Positions 1-11,872 of a stretch of DNA of 64,000 bases are shown here, in pieces. The notes beneath the pieces were generated by a model. That model made no database searches. It had not been told where the DNA came from and saw nothing but the letters and a program-made list of their open reading frames with translations. The position numbers and the translations under genes were made by a program. The DNA comes from Oopsacas minuta. Lineage: Eukaryota; Animalia; Porifera. The DNA lies in contig JAKMXF010000210.1 of assembly GCA_024704765.1 (NCBI GenBank), positions 528,121-592,120 on the forward strand, in the 5' to 3' direction. Positions within the stretch are counted from its first letter, which is position 1. Each line of letters begins with the position of its first letter.

Positions 1-681
1 TGTGTGCTTACCAACCTCAATCGCACATGATTCTTAAATTAGCGAATGTTGTGTTTCACTACTGTCATGTGATAAATTCCCTTCGCTGTTTACATTGTGA
101 AGAATTCCATTCACATCCCTTTCAATGAAGCCAATTTTTATTGAACTTTCATTGCATAACATTATTTAAATGGTGTTACGGTATTATGATTTAATATATA
201 TATTGCATAGACTCAATTAATACGTAGTATCCCGAAATTATATTAAACTGTGTAATCGAAAGAGAATATGAAATCATTTAGTGTATTTGTTATATTACTA
301 CTACAGTATGCTATGAGCAATAGATCTACTATACTGTAAGTATATTGAAAGTAGTTATTCGACTTATGTTAAACTGGATATCTCATATAAATATTGCGAT
401 ATTAATCTTCATACAGCGTGACTGACTATACTCTGGGATGTTATTGAAATTGAAATTCATGGAGGATTAATTCTCACTCTTATGTGATGATTATATTACC
501 GTCTGTACGGTAAATTGACTTGTGTTTAGTTTTTTTATTATCTAATGGGAACTGAAAATCAAGTTGTAATAATATTGTGTACTCTATGTTTTTGTAAGCA
601 AATAATTCATATAAATAAAAGAAGCCAAACCTTTACATATAGCGGAAAATAATTAAAGCATTAACTATATTTGATAATATA

Positions 682-1152
682 ATGGCACAGATAATTTCTA
701 CAATCGGCACGAATAGTGATACGTGTAATATTATGTTATTACAAGAATCTAGGTTAGATATACAATCTGTTTGTACTCAGGAAAAATGTCGACTTGCTTC
801 ATCCATTTTGAAACCTGACTATGCATCCAAAAAGCATCTCCCGTTTCTTGATTTAGTGGACATTGGTCTACTCTCAATTCTCACTAGTGGTCAATTAAAA
901 TCAAAAATCGAGAATATTCATTTCTCCGATAAGGAGCAGACCTTCTTGTTAGAATCTAGAAGAAGGTGGAAAAACAGAATGTCTGCCATCAAGTCCCGTA
1001 AGCGACATGATATCGATATTATGCAGCTTACCAAAGAACAGGCTGATCTTAGAAAAAAACGCAATGATCTATTGCGTGAGAAACAAATTTTAACTAAAGA
1101 AATTGAATCTTATTCAGCCCTTATGTGTAAACTAGCAACGCCCTCTTTTTAA
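682..1152 (+). CDS. Maf-family (small-Maf-like) bZIP transcription factor, possibly the terminal exon only
   Basis: ORF of 156 aa. Basic region RRRWKNRMSAIKSRKRHD is followed by heptad leucines (LTKEQADLRKKRNDLLREKQILTKEIESY). The region preceding the basic stretch aligns with the small-Maf extended homology region (LS..G.L.....I..FSDKEQ..L.ESRRR.KNR). The Maf signature NRGYAxxCR is divergent here (NRMSAIKSR). Confidence 0.55.
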   Translation: MAQIISTIGTNSDTCNIMLLQESRLDIQSVCTQEKCRLASSILKPDYASKKHLPFLDLVDIGLLSILTSGQLKSKIENIHFSDKEQTFLLESRRRWKNRMSAIKSRKRHDIDIMQLTKEQADLRKKRNDLLREKQILTKEIESYSALMCKLATPSF

Positions 1153-2135
1153 TGTTATCAACTTTGCATTACTCTGTAATCTTATTAATGATAGTATTAT
1201 GTGCTCATAGATTATTGGAAATATGATGAATTATATAAATTGTATCAAATTCGTATCTATTATTCATGAGTTTGAATATTGTATAATTACTGAATTTAAT
1301 AAATTATTGTTCTATTATGTTAAAGTGATTCTCGCAACATATTTGTGTGTGCCAATTGACCAAGGATTAACTATATCCGCTTACACAGTTACTTTCATTG
1401 CACTTAGGGATAAATCCGATATTTCCATTACAACGATTCTATTAATATTCTATGTACTTTCATAATGGATATGCAAAATGTGCTTTAACTCCAGAGCAAG
1501 AAATTTTGAATAGTTGTTTGGGCTCACATTATATTCCTTTTAGAAAGTATTACGTCCTTGCTCCCTATGATGTGCACTCAAGTAATGTTTCTGATATTTA
1601 TCGAAACGTATACTTTAAACTATTAATACTAATATAACCTTTTATGGTCAAAGCTATAGAATTTACTTCAATCGGCGGCTGTATGCTTGTTTGTTTCAAA
1701 GGATTTAGTAATTTTATTAATGCTTAGTTCTTGATTTCACGCTTATTACTAAAGAAATGAATATAACTAAAGTATTTCATTAATCATACTTACGTATTTG
1801 AAGCACCATATGTCGTTTACAAAATTATAAAAGTTGCCGCCTACCACAGATCTAATTTAAACAAATTCAAGAATATTGGACGAAATGATAAAGTGTGTGA
1901 TTTTTCTGATATTTTGTAATACGTATGTGGTATAACTCTGTTAGAAATTGAATATTCTGTCAATGGCACAATGGCGTCTATAATATTGCGTTGACACTGA
2001 TTCTTCACATTGGATTGTCGTCATACATGCTTTCAATATTCTAAATATTTTTTACTTACATAATCTGCTCCATTATTAGAACATTTCTCCACTCTATTGT
2101 AGTCTGAATTATTTTAACGTAACGCTAGTTAATGT

Positions 2136-2154
2136 CATCACGTGATGTGACTCA
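2136..2154. promoter_or_regulatory. palindromic E-box CATCACGTGATG followed directly by a TRE/MARE-core TGACTCA; a second CACGTG lies at 2230-2235
   Basis: Read directly from the sequence. It lies about 340 bp upstream of the ATG at 2484 and about 1 kb downstream of the Maf-like bZIP gene. Function is inferred only. Confidence 0.25.
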
Positions 2155-2483
2155 CCAAAAAGATTTGGTATTTTGAGTTAAAATTAATTTATATATAGTA
2201 TTAGGGATGTTGTGTAATTCACAAGCCCACACGTGTTTGCAGATTGGGCTTATAACTAAAATTTGAATAGGTTTCATCTATACGTGTAGTCCACCAATAA
2301 AGACGTAATACTTCTACAATGCTAATGAAGTACAGTTTTCTTTCAACAGGATTCATCAATGCTGTTGTACGTATAGTCTAAGCTGATTTGTATAAATAGA
2401 CAAATCTCCTATCAAAGGCCAAAATCTAATATTATATACATCAATCCACGATTTTTATCGATTTATTTTCGTAACTCAGCGAT

Positions 2484-3476
2484 ATGGATACAGAAAAAAT
2501 CACCAAGGGTCTTCTCGACCTCTCTCTAGCCCAGCTAAATATTTTCAGTTGGTTTATGTGTGTAGATGGTTCTTTGCCTAGCGGGTTGGATATGGTTCAT
2601 CTCCTGCTTTTCCCTTCCAAAAGTGTCAGCGATAAACCTGAGTGGGATAAACTCTGTCGTGCATCCAAAATGATTGAACTACCCCTTCCCGTGAAGGAAA
2701 TAGTTGGAGCTGAGAAACATAACAATTTATTTAATATTAATGAATTGTTTGATTCCCTTACGTGTCTCGCTTTAGCCACTGTTCTCTTTATTATTTTCAG
2801 TTATTTCTTGCATTTCGTGTTGAATAGAACTGTCAAAGTATTCCGTAACATTTATCCCGTGCATAAGAAATGGTATGTCATTGCTAATATCCTCAAGGCT
2901 TGTCTTCTTGCATTTATCTGCCTCAATACCCAATTTTACTTCGGTATATACGCCCTTGCTACTGGGGGATTTGTACCTATGATTGAATTGAAAAGAACCA
3001 CTGTCTTATACATTGTCTCTGACTTTGCAGGTCTCATTATGGTTCCAAGACTCCCATTCACTACTAAAATGCATCATTATGTCACCTTTTTCATTGGTAT
3101 CTTGATATGGTCTAGCAACTTGAATTCCCCCGGATTCACTGGTGTGATTGGCGTAGCGAAGATGGCTTTTATTTATGGGTTATTCAGCTGTATCCCTTTC
3201 TTGGTTAATTTGTTTCTCGGATTACGTATTTGTGTCCCAAAGAATAAAGCTATGGTTGTTTTAAGTTTCATTGCGTTTCTTACCTATATCCTGTGCTGTG
3301 CTCTCAACTGGTCATCTCACTTAGTTTGGCTCATAAATTGCATTATCTCATTTGACATTACTATCTGGGCCATTTTATACCTGTTAATGTTGGTATATAT
3401 TGTCAGAGACGATCTGATCCTTATGAACTTTCTCAGGAAGTATAGCCTCTCCAACTTTATGAAGAAGAAGCAATAA
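2484..3476 (+). CDS. multi-pass transmembrane protein of about 7 TM helices, possibly a TLC-domain (TRAM/LAG1/CLN8-type) family member
   Basis: Intronless ORF of 330 aa with multiple hydrophobic helices and an HH pair in a TM helix (TTKMHHYVTFFIG) reminiscent of TLC domains. The family assignment is tentative. Confidence 0.4.
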   Translation: MDTEKITKGLLDLSLAQLNIFSWFMCVDGSLPSGLDMVHLLLFPSKSVSDKPEWDKLCRASKMIELPLPVKEIVGAEKHNNLFNINELFDSLTCLALATVLFIIFSYFLHFVLNRTVKVFRNIYPVHKKWYVIANILKACLLAFICLNTQFYFGIYALATGGFVPMIELKRTTVLYIVSDFAGLIMVPRLPFTTKMHHYVTFFIGILIWSSNLNSPGFTGVIGVAKMAFIYGLFSCIPFLVNLFLGLRICVPKNKAMVVLSFIAFLTYILCCALNWSSHLVWLINCIISFDITIWAILYLLMLVYIVRDDLILMNFLRKYSLSNFMKKKQ

Positions 3477-3953
3477 CAAATTATCCACATACTCTATCAT
3501 CATACATAAATATTCTTAATCATAAACTGTACAGATAGCCTGCTTACTGATCATGTTTGAGCTATCAAAACACTCTACATATTTCTACTTACATTTCAAA
3601 CATTTATTCCCTGATTCTTTTTCCCTCTAACATTATAACATACACTAGTTCTGTACATTAAACTTCATTTCTAATATACAAACTTTTTTTTACAGGTCTA
3701 ATGTATGGTTAATTCTAAATAAGAAATTTTTAGTCAAGGATTTTTTGTTTCAGCCGCCACTGATATTTGCTATGGTTGGTATCTTAAATTCTTATTATAT
3801 TATGAGTACAATAGACAGGACATTTAATTTATTAGCTAATAATGTGGGTGTATAATAAATCTTCACAACTATTTAACAGACAGCAACCTCCACTCTGACC
3901 CTAAATATTCAATACATTTATTAGAGCAGCAATGAATACAAAATATATTGTAG

Positions 3954-6345
3954 TCAATATTCTTCATCTGATGACCCGTCGTCAGTATCATTTGTTAGAC
4001 TAGTGTAATCCTTTTCAATTACTGCTAATGTATCTCTCGCCTCGACAAATTCTCCTTCTTCCATACCCTCACCAACATACCTACAAGATATAGCAAATTA
4101 TGTAGTAATTTCAAACACTTATGTGGTTAATTGTATTAAGACTGAGTTTAATTAAATTGAGGGCTTACTGTATTATTTTAAAATAGCGTTACTTTAAATT
4201 CCCTATACTAATAATATGGGTCATGAAAGGTTTGTTAATCATGAGCAATTCACGTAGAAGCATGCTTTTCTTTATCAGAATTGGGGCTGTCGATATCAAG
4301 TTTGTCTCTGGGATATTTCCATTAAACTAATTGTTTCCAAAGGAATTAGTATGGTTGTACAATTATGATGTGGATTCTTACCAGTGTACAAATGCTCTCT
4401 TATCAAACATTAGATCGAATTTACAGGACAACCTCCTCCAAGCCTCCGCAATAGCAGTCGTATTAGAAAGCATACATACTGCCCTACTAAGCTCTCCCAT
4501 ATCACTCCCTTTCACTACAGATGGTGCCTTCGTGTTTATTCCTATCTTGAATCCAGTAGGACACCAGTCCACAAAACTTATAGATTTTCTCGTTTTAGCT
4601 GTTGCTACAGCTTGATTCACATCTTTAGGTACTACATCTCCTGTTGAGTGAATTATAAGTAATTAATAAATGATTCTAGGGTTTTAATTAGAAATAATTA
4701 ATTACCCCTATAGAGAAGACAGCATGCCATATACTTCCCGTCGCCTGGCTTGCATTTTATCATTTGATTATTAGAATCAAAACATGCTAACGTTATCTCT
4801 GAAACACTCATCTGTTCATGTCGAATATTCTGTTTGGATACAATTGGAGCGAAAGCAGCTAGGGGATAATGTATGGATGGAAATGGTACTAGATTTGTTT
4901 GAAACTCTGCTAAATCTACGTTCAATGCTCCTTGAAATCTAAGCAAATATATTTCTCTTGTACATATCAATTCTCTGTTCATACAACAAAATATTTATGA
5001 TTCTAAATTACCTTAAAGATGCAGTAATAGAAGACACAACTTGTCCAAGCATTCTGTTCAGATTTTGGTAACTCGGCCTTTCCAACTCTAGGTTTTTATG
5101 ACAAATATCATATATCGCTTCATTATCGAACATGAAGCTGCACTGTGCATGTTCTACAGTATTCTGTATAGTATGGACTGCGTTATAAGGCTCCACCACT
5201 GCAGTTGATACCTAAAACAACAGAATTATTCACTTTCTTAAATTAATATAATAAATTTGTTATGATATACCTTTGGTGCGGGATATATTGCAAATTCTAA
5301 TTTACTCTTTTTACAGAAATCGGCTGCGAGTTTCTGGAAGATGAGAGAGGTGAATCCAGATCCAGTGCCTCCCCCGAAAGAATGGAAGATCAGAAATCCT
5401 TCTAATCCATCACTTGCCTCTACCATCTTTCTTATCCTATTCATAACATTTTCGATGTAGAAGCGACCTACAGTGTAGCATCCTCTCGCGAAATTATTCG
5501 CAGCATCTTCTTTGCCAGTAATCAGCTGTTCCGGATGGTAGAGAGCTCTATAATGTCCATTCCTTATCGTATCTATAGCAACACTCAACAGGTCACAACT
5601 TATTAATTGCTATTTGTAGTGTATCTTGAATATGACATACCAATAACTGATGGTTCTAAATCTACGTAGAGAGCTCTTGGGATACATCGTCCATCTCTCG
5701 TTTGTTGGTAGAAAGAACTGAATGAATCAGGTAAAGCTGTACTATTAAGTGTGCTATCATCTATTATTCCATCAGGACCTATTCCATGTTCTAGGCAGTA
5801 CAGCTCCCAACAAGACTTCCCTATCTGTACACCTGCCTGTCCAATGTGTAGCGAAATTACTTCTCTCTAAATCAATATTGTTCATTGTCACGCACTTTAA
5901 TGTCGATTGAATGTATAGCAATGCTTATTACCTCATGTGATATACTTAATTAAAACATTATAGGTCTACACTGTTTGAGCATAAAAGAAAATCTCGTCAG
6001 TCGTTGTAAAGCAAATTTTCAATATTTCACGTTGCGTTTGTCACTCGAGTAGTATATCCAACCATATTCTCAGAGAAACCTGTTTAATTAATTTAATTTT
6101 GGCATTTTCTTTCCAAAATGGTTACGATTCTCCTAAACGACAACCAGATACTGGTTTCTCTAGCCAGATACTAAATTATAATAGGCTGTAATTCACTTTT
6201 ACATTTGACATATAAAGAAACTCATGCAAGTATTTTTAAAATATTAATTCATTGTTTTTCCTTCATTCTCCTATCTCACGCATTTTGCTATAACGTATAT
6301 TTGTAAACCCGATCACGAAAAAGTTATATTATCTCAACTCACCAT
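3954..6345 (-). CDS. TUBA: alpha-tubulin, 7 exons, about 449 aa
   Basis: Minus-strand exons with phase-checked GT-AG splice sites: 6343-6345 (ATG only, donor GTGAGT); 5641-5866 ([28 protein letters not shown]...LEPSVIG); 5271-5572 ([27 protein letters not shown]...GGGTGSGF...YPAPK); 5012-5211 ([10 protein letters not shown]...SITASL); 4706-4938 ([10 protein letters not shown]...CCLLYRG); 4382-4640 ([31 protein letters not shown]...KRAFVHW); 3954-4080 ([11 protein letters not shown]...SSDEEY stop). Exon lengths sum to 1350 nt, in frame. Exon 1 placement is less certain; an alternative ATG at 6063-6065 has the weak donor GTTGGA. Confidence 0.85.
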
Positions 6346-6877
6346 ACTTTTGTCACGTCGATAGTACCTTGGTTATTGATAGGAGGTTTGATTTGTACCA
6401 GTAAAATTATGCTCCACGATCCTGCTGGCTTATATTTGCTATATTTTTCGTTCAATAAGTTTAATACGATGGCCTATCCATCACTTGAATCAGTATAACA
6501 GAAAAAATCCCTTCTTTTGGATAATGAGGTATTCTTCTATATAATTGTATTATACCTTCTGGCTTCGTGTTAGTTAACCACTAAACTGAAATATTTTAGT
6601 TCTGTACTCATCTTTTCTACGTAAAATAGTATCGAATTCTTAGCAGATTTATTTCATCAGCCCTTTACTGATCTCGAAGGTTTCTATTAATAACGTGAAC
6701 ACATGTAGTATTATATAGCAAGTTTATCCCTGATTCGTTAAGGGTGATATAGTTTATAGGATATTTACTAAACTAACCGCTACAATAACTAAAGTAAGAT
6801 TCCTTTCTTGACCATTTTCATGGCTGTGCTTTGTCCCTTAATCATTTTTTGCATGCGTAACATCTTATCCATTAGCG

Positions 6878-8404
6878 ATGTCTCTTTACGCTAATACATA
6901 CACGCAGCCTTGTTTCCATGTTGATGAGTTTGATACGTCTTTATCTACCTTCATACACACTCTCATCAAAATATGCTTTGAATATAATATTCAACAGAAC
7001 TCTAATAGGTTGTCTGAGCTTCAAGTTGAAGAAGATGAAAGAATTGAGCAACTTCTGAAAAGAAACATACCTTTTAGTATTCAAATATTTAATTTTGCAT
7101 TTAACCCTTGGGAAGAATCTTCCATTCAAACCGAAGCGCTGCAAATTGAATGGAATTTTCAAAAGGTTCGTCATAAGAATTGTTGTGGGTTATACCCTAA
7201 CGAGGTTCTTGAGACTTTAAGACCTAGCGGGATACTTCGTGATATAATATTCCCAGATCATGTTGACAATATTTCTGCTAGATTCACAGCTCCTGGGGAA
7301 TCTGATTATCTCAACTTTTCTTCTTCTCCTCTCCTCACTAAGCATCACATCCTATTTCCATACAATTTCTGTGTAGAACTAACAATATCCAATGAGAATA
7401 GTTTCCAAATAGAAAGAGCTCTGTCAGTTCCTAAATCAATTGTTCCTGATGTTAATCCTTCTGAAAACTTTATCTGTAGAAGTCCTAAGTTTTCACTGCC
7501 AATAGATTTGAACTTATCTGGCTGTCGTAATGAAGAATTCGAAAGTCCTCTCTCTTCTGACTACTCAGTGCGTTCTGTTGAAATTCCTTACAACATCCAA
7601 TGTCTTACATTTTCTGAACCAATTTCGCTGAAACGAAAAGAAAGTTTTGCAACTGATAGTTTCTCAAAACGTCTCAGGTTTCAAGCTGAGCAGGAGCACG
7701 CTGCTACTCCCACTCCCAATAGAACTAGGTCTTTCTCTCTTCCCTTTCCTGGTTCTCCTATACCTACAGCAAGGACGAAGTTTAATTTCCAAAGAAGTTT
7801 ATCGCTCACCGATCCTAACAAAACTCACTGTCTTCTTGGCTCATTTCAAGAATCTATGATTAACGGCCGTCTACAACCATTGGGTATGTTAAATGGGTTT
7901 AAGATAGAGTTAGCTGCTTCGGGAACTTTTTGTCCAAAGCATTGGTCATTAGACCTAAGCACAGCTTTCTTTACCAGCAGCACTAAGGAGAGAGGACCTT
8001 CTCAGTATTTCGGACAATCTGATCTATCTAGTCTTGGTAAGCATGGTTATCACATACCAAAGAAAGGCACCGTTCAAATGACACTATTCAATCCCAATCA
8101 AACTGTCATTAAGGTATTTTTCATTCGGTTTGACATGACTGACATGCCTGTCAGAACTCAAACTTTCATACGACAGCGCACCTTAGCCATTGACAAGTTC
8201 GGCAATTCATGCCTGCAATATCTCATTCATTTGAGTTTTATTTGTACAAAATCGAATAAACTTTATTTACACAACAACATTCGAGTCATTTTTACTCCGT
8301 CAGGAATTGATCTTGATACCAAAATCACTACTGAAATCGAGCAACCAAACAACCCAAAATACTCACTCATATCGCAACAGGACAGAACTACATCTAAACT
8401 ATAA
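6878..8404 (+). CDS. Atos/FAM214-like protein with a DUF4210-type C-terminal domain
   Basis: ORF of 508 aa. The C-terminal block LLGSFQESMINGRL...GFKIELAASGTFCPKHW...GYHIPKKGTVQMTLFNPNQTVIKVFFIRFDMTDMPVRTQTFIRQRT resembles the conserved Atos/FAM214 C-terminal module. Assigned from memory of the family; not searched. Confidence 0.5.
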   Translation: MSLYANTYTQPCFHVDEFDTSLSTFIHTLIKICFEYNIQQNSNRLSELQVEEDERIEQLLKRNIPFSIQIFNFAFNPWEESSIQTEALQIEWNFQKVRHKNCCGLYPNEVLETLRPSGILRDIIFPDHVDNISARFTAPGESDYLNFSSSPLLTKHHILFPYNFCVELTISNENSFQIERALSVPKSIVPDVNPSENFICRSPKFSLPIDLNLSGCRNEEFESPLSSDYSVRSVEIPYNIQCLTFSEPISLKRKESFATDSFSKRLRFQAEQEHAATPTPNRTRSFSLPFPGSPIPTARTKFNFQRSLSLTDPNKTHCLLGSFQESMINGRLQPLGMLNGFKIELAASGTFCPKHWSLDLSTAFFTSSTKERGPSQYFGQSDLSSLGKHGYHIPKKGTVQMTLFNPNQTVIKVFFIRFDMTDMPVRTQTFIRQRTLAIDKFGNSCLQYLIHLSFICTKSNKLYLHNNIRVIFTPSGIDLDTKITTEIEQPNNPKYSLISQQDRTTSKL

Positions 8405-9858
8405 CGTAATTAACTTAATATAATATTTATTTTATGGCATTGCCTTTACACTTGGTTTCACTGGCCTATCTTCCATGTATATAGTGAACTCGGTAGGGTA
8501 CTCTTTCATGTTTTCATTTGCTTTCTCTTTTTGCTAACTTAATCAACTACTCATCATATCGTAATACTGCTTGTCCTCAACTTCATAGGGGTCTACACTC
8601 TTTTTGCTGATTTTATTGACTTAATATATTGTTATGTAAATACATTGTGTTCTTCTTTTGTTTATACTGCGTATTATTTCTCTTCGATAAATGATCTTAA
8701 AATATTTATACAAATCTTAGTTTGTTTGGTTATTTGATTATTTGGGGGGTAATAATGCATTAACTTTGGATAACTTTATTTAATTCTGTGATACAATTTT
8801 TCTTGGTCTAAAGAACTTTTAGTAATCTCAGACCACGGATTCATCAAATCGATAGCTCTGTTCAAATCCTGAACAAGGTACGGTACATTATTATTATGAA
8901 TATTACGCATATATATACACACACACACAGTAAAACTTGGTTTATACCTACTCTGTATTAGTACATATTTTCTTCCAAAATGGTTTATCAATTCTTATAC
9001 AAATGTATGGGAAGAATATTCGGTTAAGACATACTAATTTTCATTTCCCAAGGGTGTACGTCTTATCCGAGTTCCCTTGTATTTATTTGCAAGGTTTACG
9101 ACTTGGTTTCTCGCATATTACGACATCCTTCAAAGTTAATTATTGCTAAATTATCCTCTCAATTTATATTCCTAGATCAACCAGTAGCTTTAGGGGACAG
9201 TTGTATTTTTGAAATTTTGTTGCATAATACATAATTGGTTTAAATTATAACTGTAAATAATGTCGTAAGTTTCATACTCAATATCTTACATCATATTTTT
9301 ATTTTTTCGCATGTAACATCTTGATTATTGCACAGTTATACGATGTTTGATTGTAGAAATAATCTTCTGGAAATCATTACCTGGAAGAGGAAAATTTATA
9401 CGTTTCAATCTTACTATTCTTGCTAGAATAATGCTATGTTGTGAATTGTAACAGGGGAAGTATTGTTATTTAATAAATTTTGTAAAATCAGGTTGATTGA
9501 TTTTACACTTTATTTTGAGAAATTTTTTATGTATTTTTCCAAATTATTTGCTAACTATTATTATGCAATTTAATTGTTTACCAATTTATGAGCATAAAAT
9601 TTCTCTGGGATTTTCATGTAATTATTATTTTCAATATCAAATTTTAAATTGTAATGTTTGTGGATAGAAATTTTCAAGGTTGAGAAGTTCTCTATGTATA
9701 TATACCTAAATATTAATATATAAATACTAGAGTGAGTTTGGCTTCGATTATTGAGAAGTATATACATTTATATGCTTTATTCAAATATATAAATATTATT
9801 TTGATATTAAATTTCTATATTTTTGCTTGGCTCATTCATAGAATATTTGTACCTAAAA

Positions 9859-11872
9859 ATGGTAAGGATTTTCTTCTTGAAATTCTTTGAAAAGTATATA
9901 TAGGTTTTGTGTGTTAAACCTGTGTTTGTATAATTTTTTTCAAACAGGCTACGATTGAAACAACAACTACTTGGAATCAAACACACACACATCCATTCCA
10001 ATTCCAGCCCAAAAAGCGACTAGATAGATGGAAAGTTTGTGTAGACTTCCAAAATGGTAATTGTGATAAAAAGGAGAATGATTGTGAGTTCGCACACCCT
10101 TCTTCTCAGAAGGAAATACGGGCAGGCATCGTGACTGTGTGCATGGATCATGTTAATGACCAATGTGTGAGACCAAATTGTAAGTATCTTCACCCACCTA
10201 CACATATTTGTGCCCAGATTCACGACCATAAGAAGCGACCATATCCTGCTAGGAGTAGGTCAACTACTTCTACAGATGGAGAACATCATGTAAGTATATT
10301 ACATTAGCTTTATCAACTCTCAATTTTTTAGTCTCCAAATTTTAGAAAATTCGTTAGTATTTTTATTATTCTAATTATATGTATTACTATTAATTATTTT
10401 TATTAGGTATTTACTTCTCATCCTGAGGATTTTCTTTCGCAATACCAATACCCTTATCAATTTTTCTATCCGAATACTCAACCAGGCCCAGTCTACTTTC
10501 CTCATTTCTCTAATAACCAACTGAATATTCCAGGTACTTTGTTTGCTGTTCTTCTGTACTATTATTTATTTATTTAGCACATCTAATGACTGGATTGTTC
10601 AATTATTGTTTGTACAATTTTATTTATCAATTTTAATGATGTGTTTTGTAATTTGTTTAAGTTTGTAAATTATTTACAATTCATTAAAATTTTGTGACGA
10701 AACATAAGCTTGTATTTACACATATTATTACTATTGACCGTTTATATTCCCGTATTGAACAATATTTTCATTATTTTACCATTTGTATCGAGTACGCGTT
10801 GTTACTTACCTACCTTTATTTATCAAATTATGTTGTTCTATATAGGCCAAGGATTCGGAAGTTCTCACCAATATCAGGTAAAACCGCTTCTACTCTAATT
10901 TATTTATATTTTTCGAATTTCAATGTTTGTAAATAATCGGTTTATGACTGTCTCCATTAACCAAGTTTCGCTATTTTATTTATGTAAAAATATTTATCTT
11001 ACATTTCCTTGTAGAGTCAATTGTCTACTGGAATACAAGGTATGTGATTATTCCATTTGTTTGTGCTTAAGATTATGCTACCTTAACTAATGTTTAATTA
11101 CAATATTTTCTTTGAAATTTGTTCACTCAACCAAATAATGACAATTAATCTCAACATTTCTCTTTATACATCTATTAACTGGCTTGTAATCTAAATTCTT
11201 TTTTTCGAATCAGTGAATTGAAATATTTTTCTTTGTTTCATAAGTTATCTTCTACTCACATGTTCACTACAATGTATTGTGTGGCTAGAATGCTTGGCTT
11301 CCGACCTTGTAAATCGTATATGGGTGTCCTATACATTCTATCACATCTTTATGGATTTGGTTGATATTAATGGTTGAATGTTCACGATTATTTAATTATT
11401 TGGCTGACTTTATCCATTGCCTCTTTGTGTTTTATTTTAAAGCATTGAAGTGTGGTAATTAGTTGAATAGAATTGCATTCGTATTGGAGAAAATATAACC
11501 ATCCTTTTGTAAAAGATTAGCTTTCTTAGCTCAGCTAATTTCCTCATGATTTCTCGTAGAGTCAGGGGAGGAACAGAGCTCTCTCCAAAGTTGCCCAGAC
11601 GATCCGCTTCAGTATCCGATGTGCCAATTATTCCTCCCTCAATTCTATCCTCCTATCATAACCAATTAGCCACATCTCCTCTCTTCAACCCGCATCCACA
11701 CACTAAACTCCCTCATTCCTTCTCTAGCGAGTTCTCTTCATTAAATCCGCCTTTTCAGCAAACCCTGCCAGCAAGCATCGAATCTAATCTCAAAGATAAT
11801 GTTGCTACAGATCTTGAGACTGCTTTTGATGATCAAGCAATCAATAACTTAGCCTTTAATAAACATAATTAG
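9859..11872 (+). CDS. MBNL: muscleblind-like CCCH zinc-finger splicing regulator, about 6 exons including two micro-exons
   Basis: Proposed exons: 9859-9861 (ATG followed by GTAAGG); 9948-10289, encoding ...RLDRWKVCVDFQNGNCDKKENDCEFAHP...VTVCMDHVNDQCVRPNCKYLHPPTHI, a CX7CX6CX3H finger pair of ZnF3/4 type; 10407-10533; micro-exons 10846-10877 (32 nt) and 11015-11039 (25 nt); terminal exon 11562-11872 (Pro/Ser-rich, ends NKHN stop). Phases are consistent. An N-terminal ZnF1/2 pair was not found upstream. Confidence 0.6.

Noticed and set aside
1223-1637. Short ORFs downstream of the bZIP gene
   Set aside because: They are AT-rich and low-complexity with no coding signature. The sequence is probably 3' UTR or intergenic.
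6063-6065. Alternative ATG-only first exon for alpha-tubulin
   Set aside because: Its donor would be GTTGGA (poor). The ATG at 6343-6345 has a consensus GTGAGT donor. It is kept as an alternative only.
10694-10936. 80-aa and 62-aa ORFs in the muscleblind region
   Set aside because: They lie in AT-rich intron sequence between well-spliced exons, and the translated peptides are Leu/Ile/Tyr-rich nonsense.
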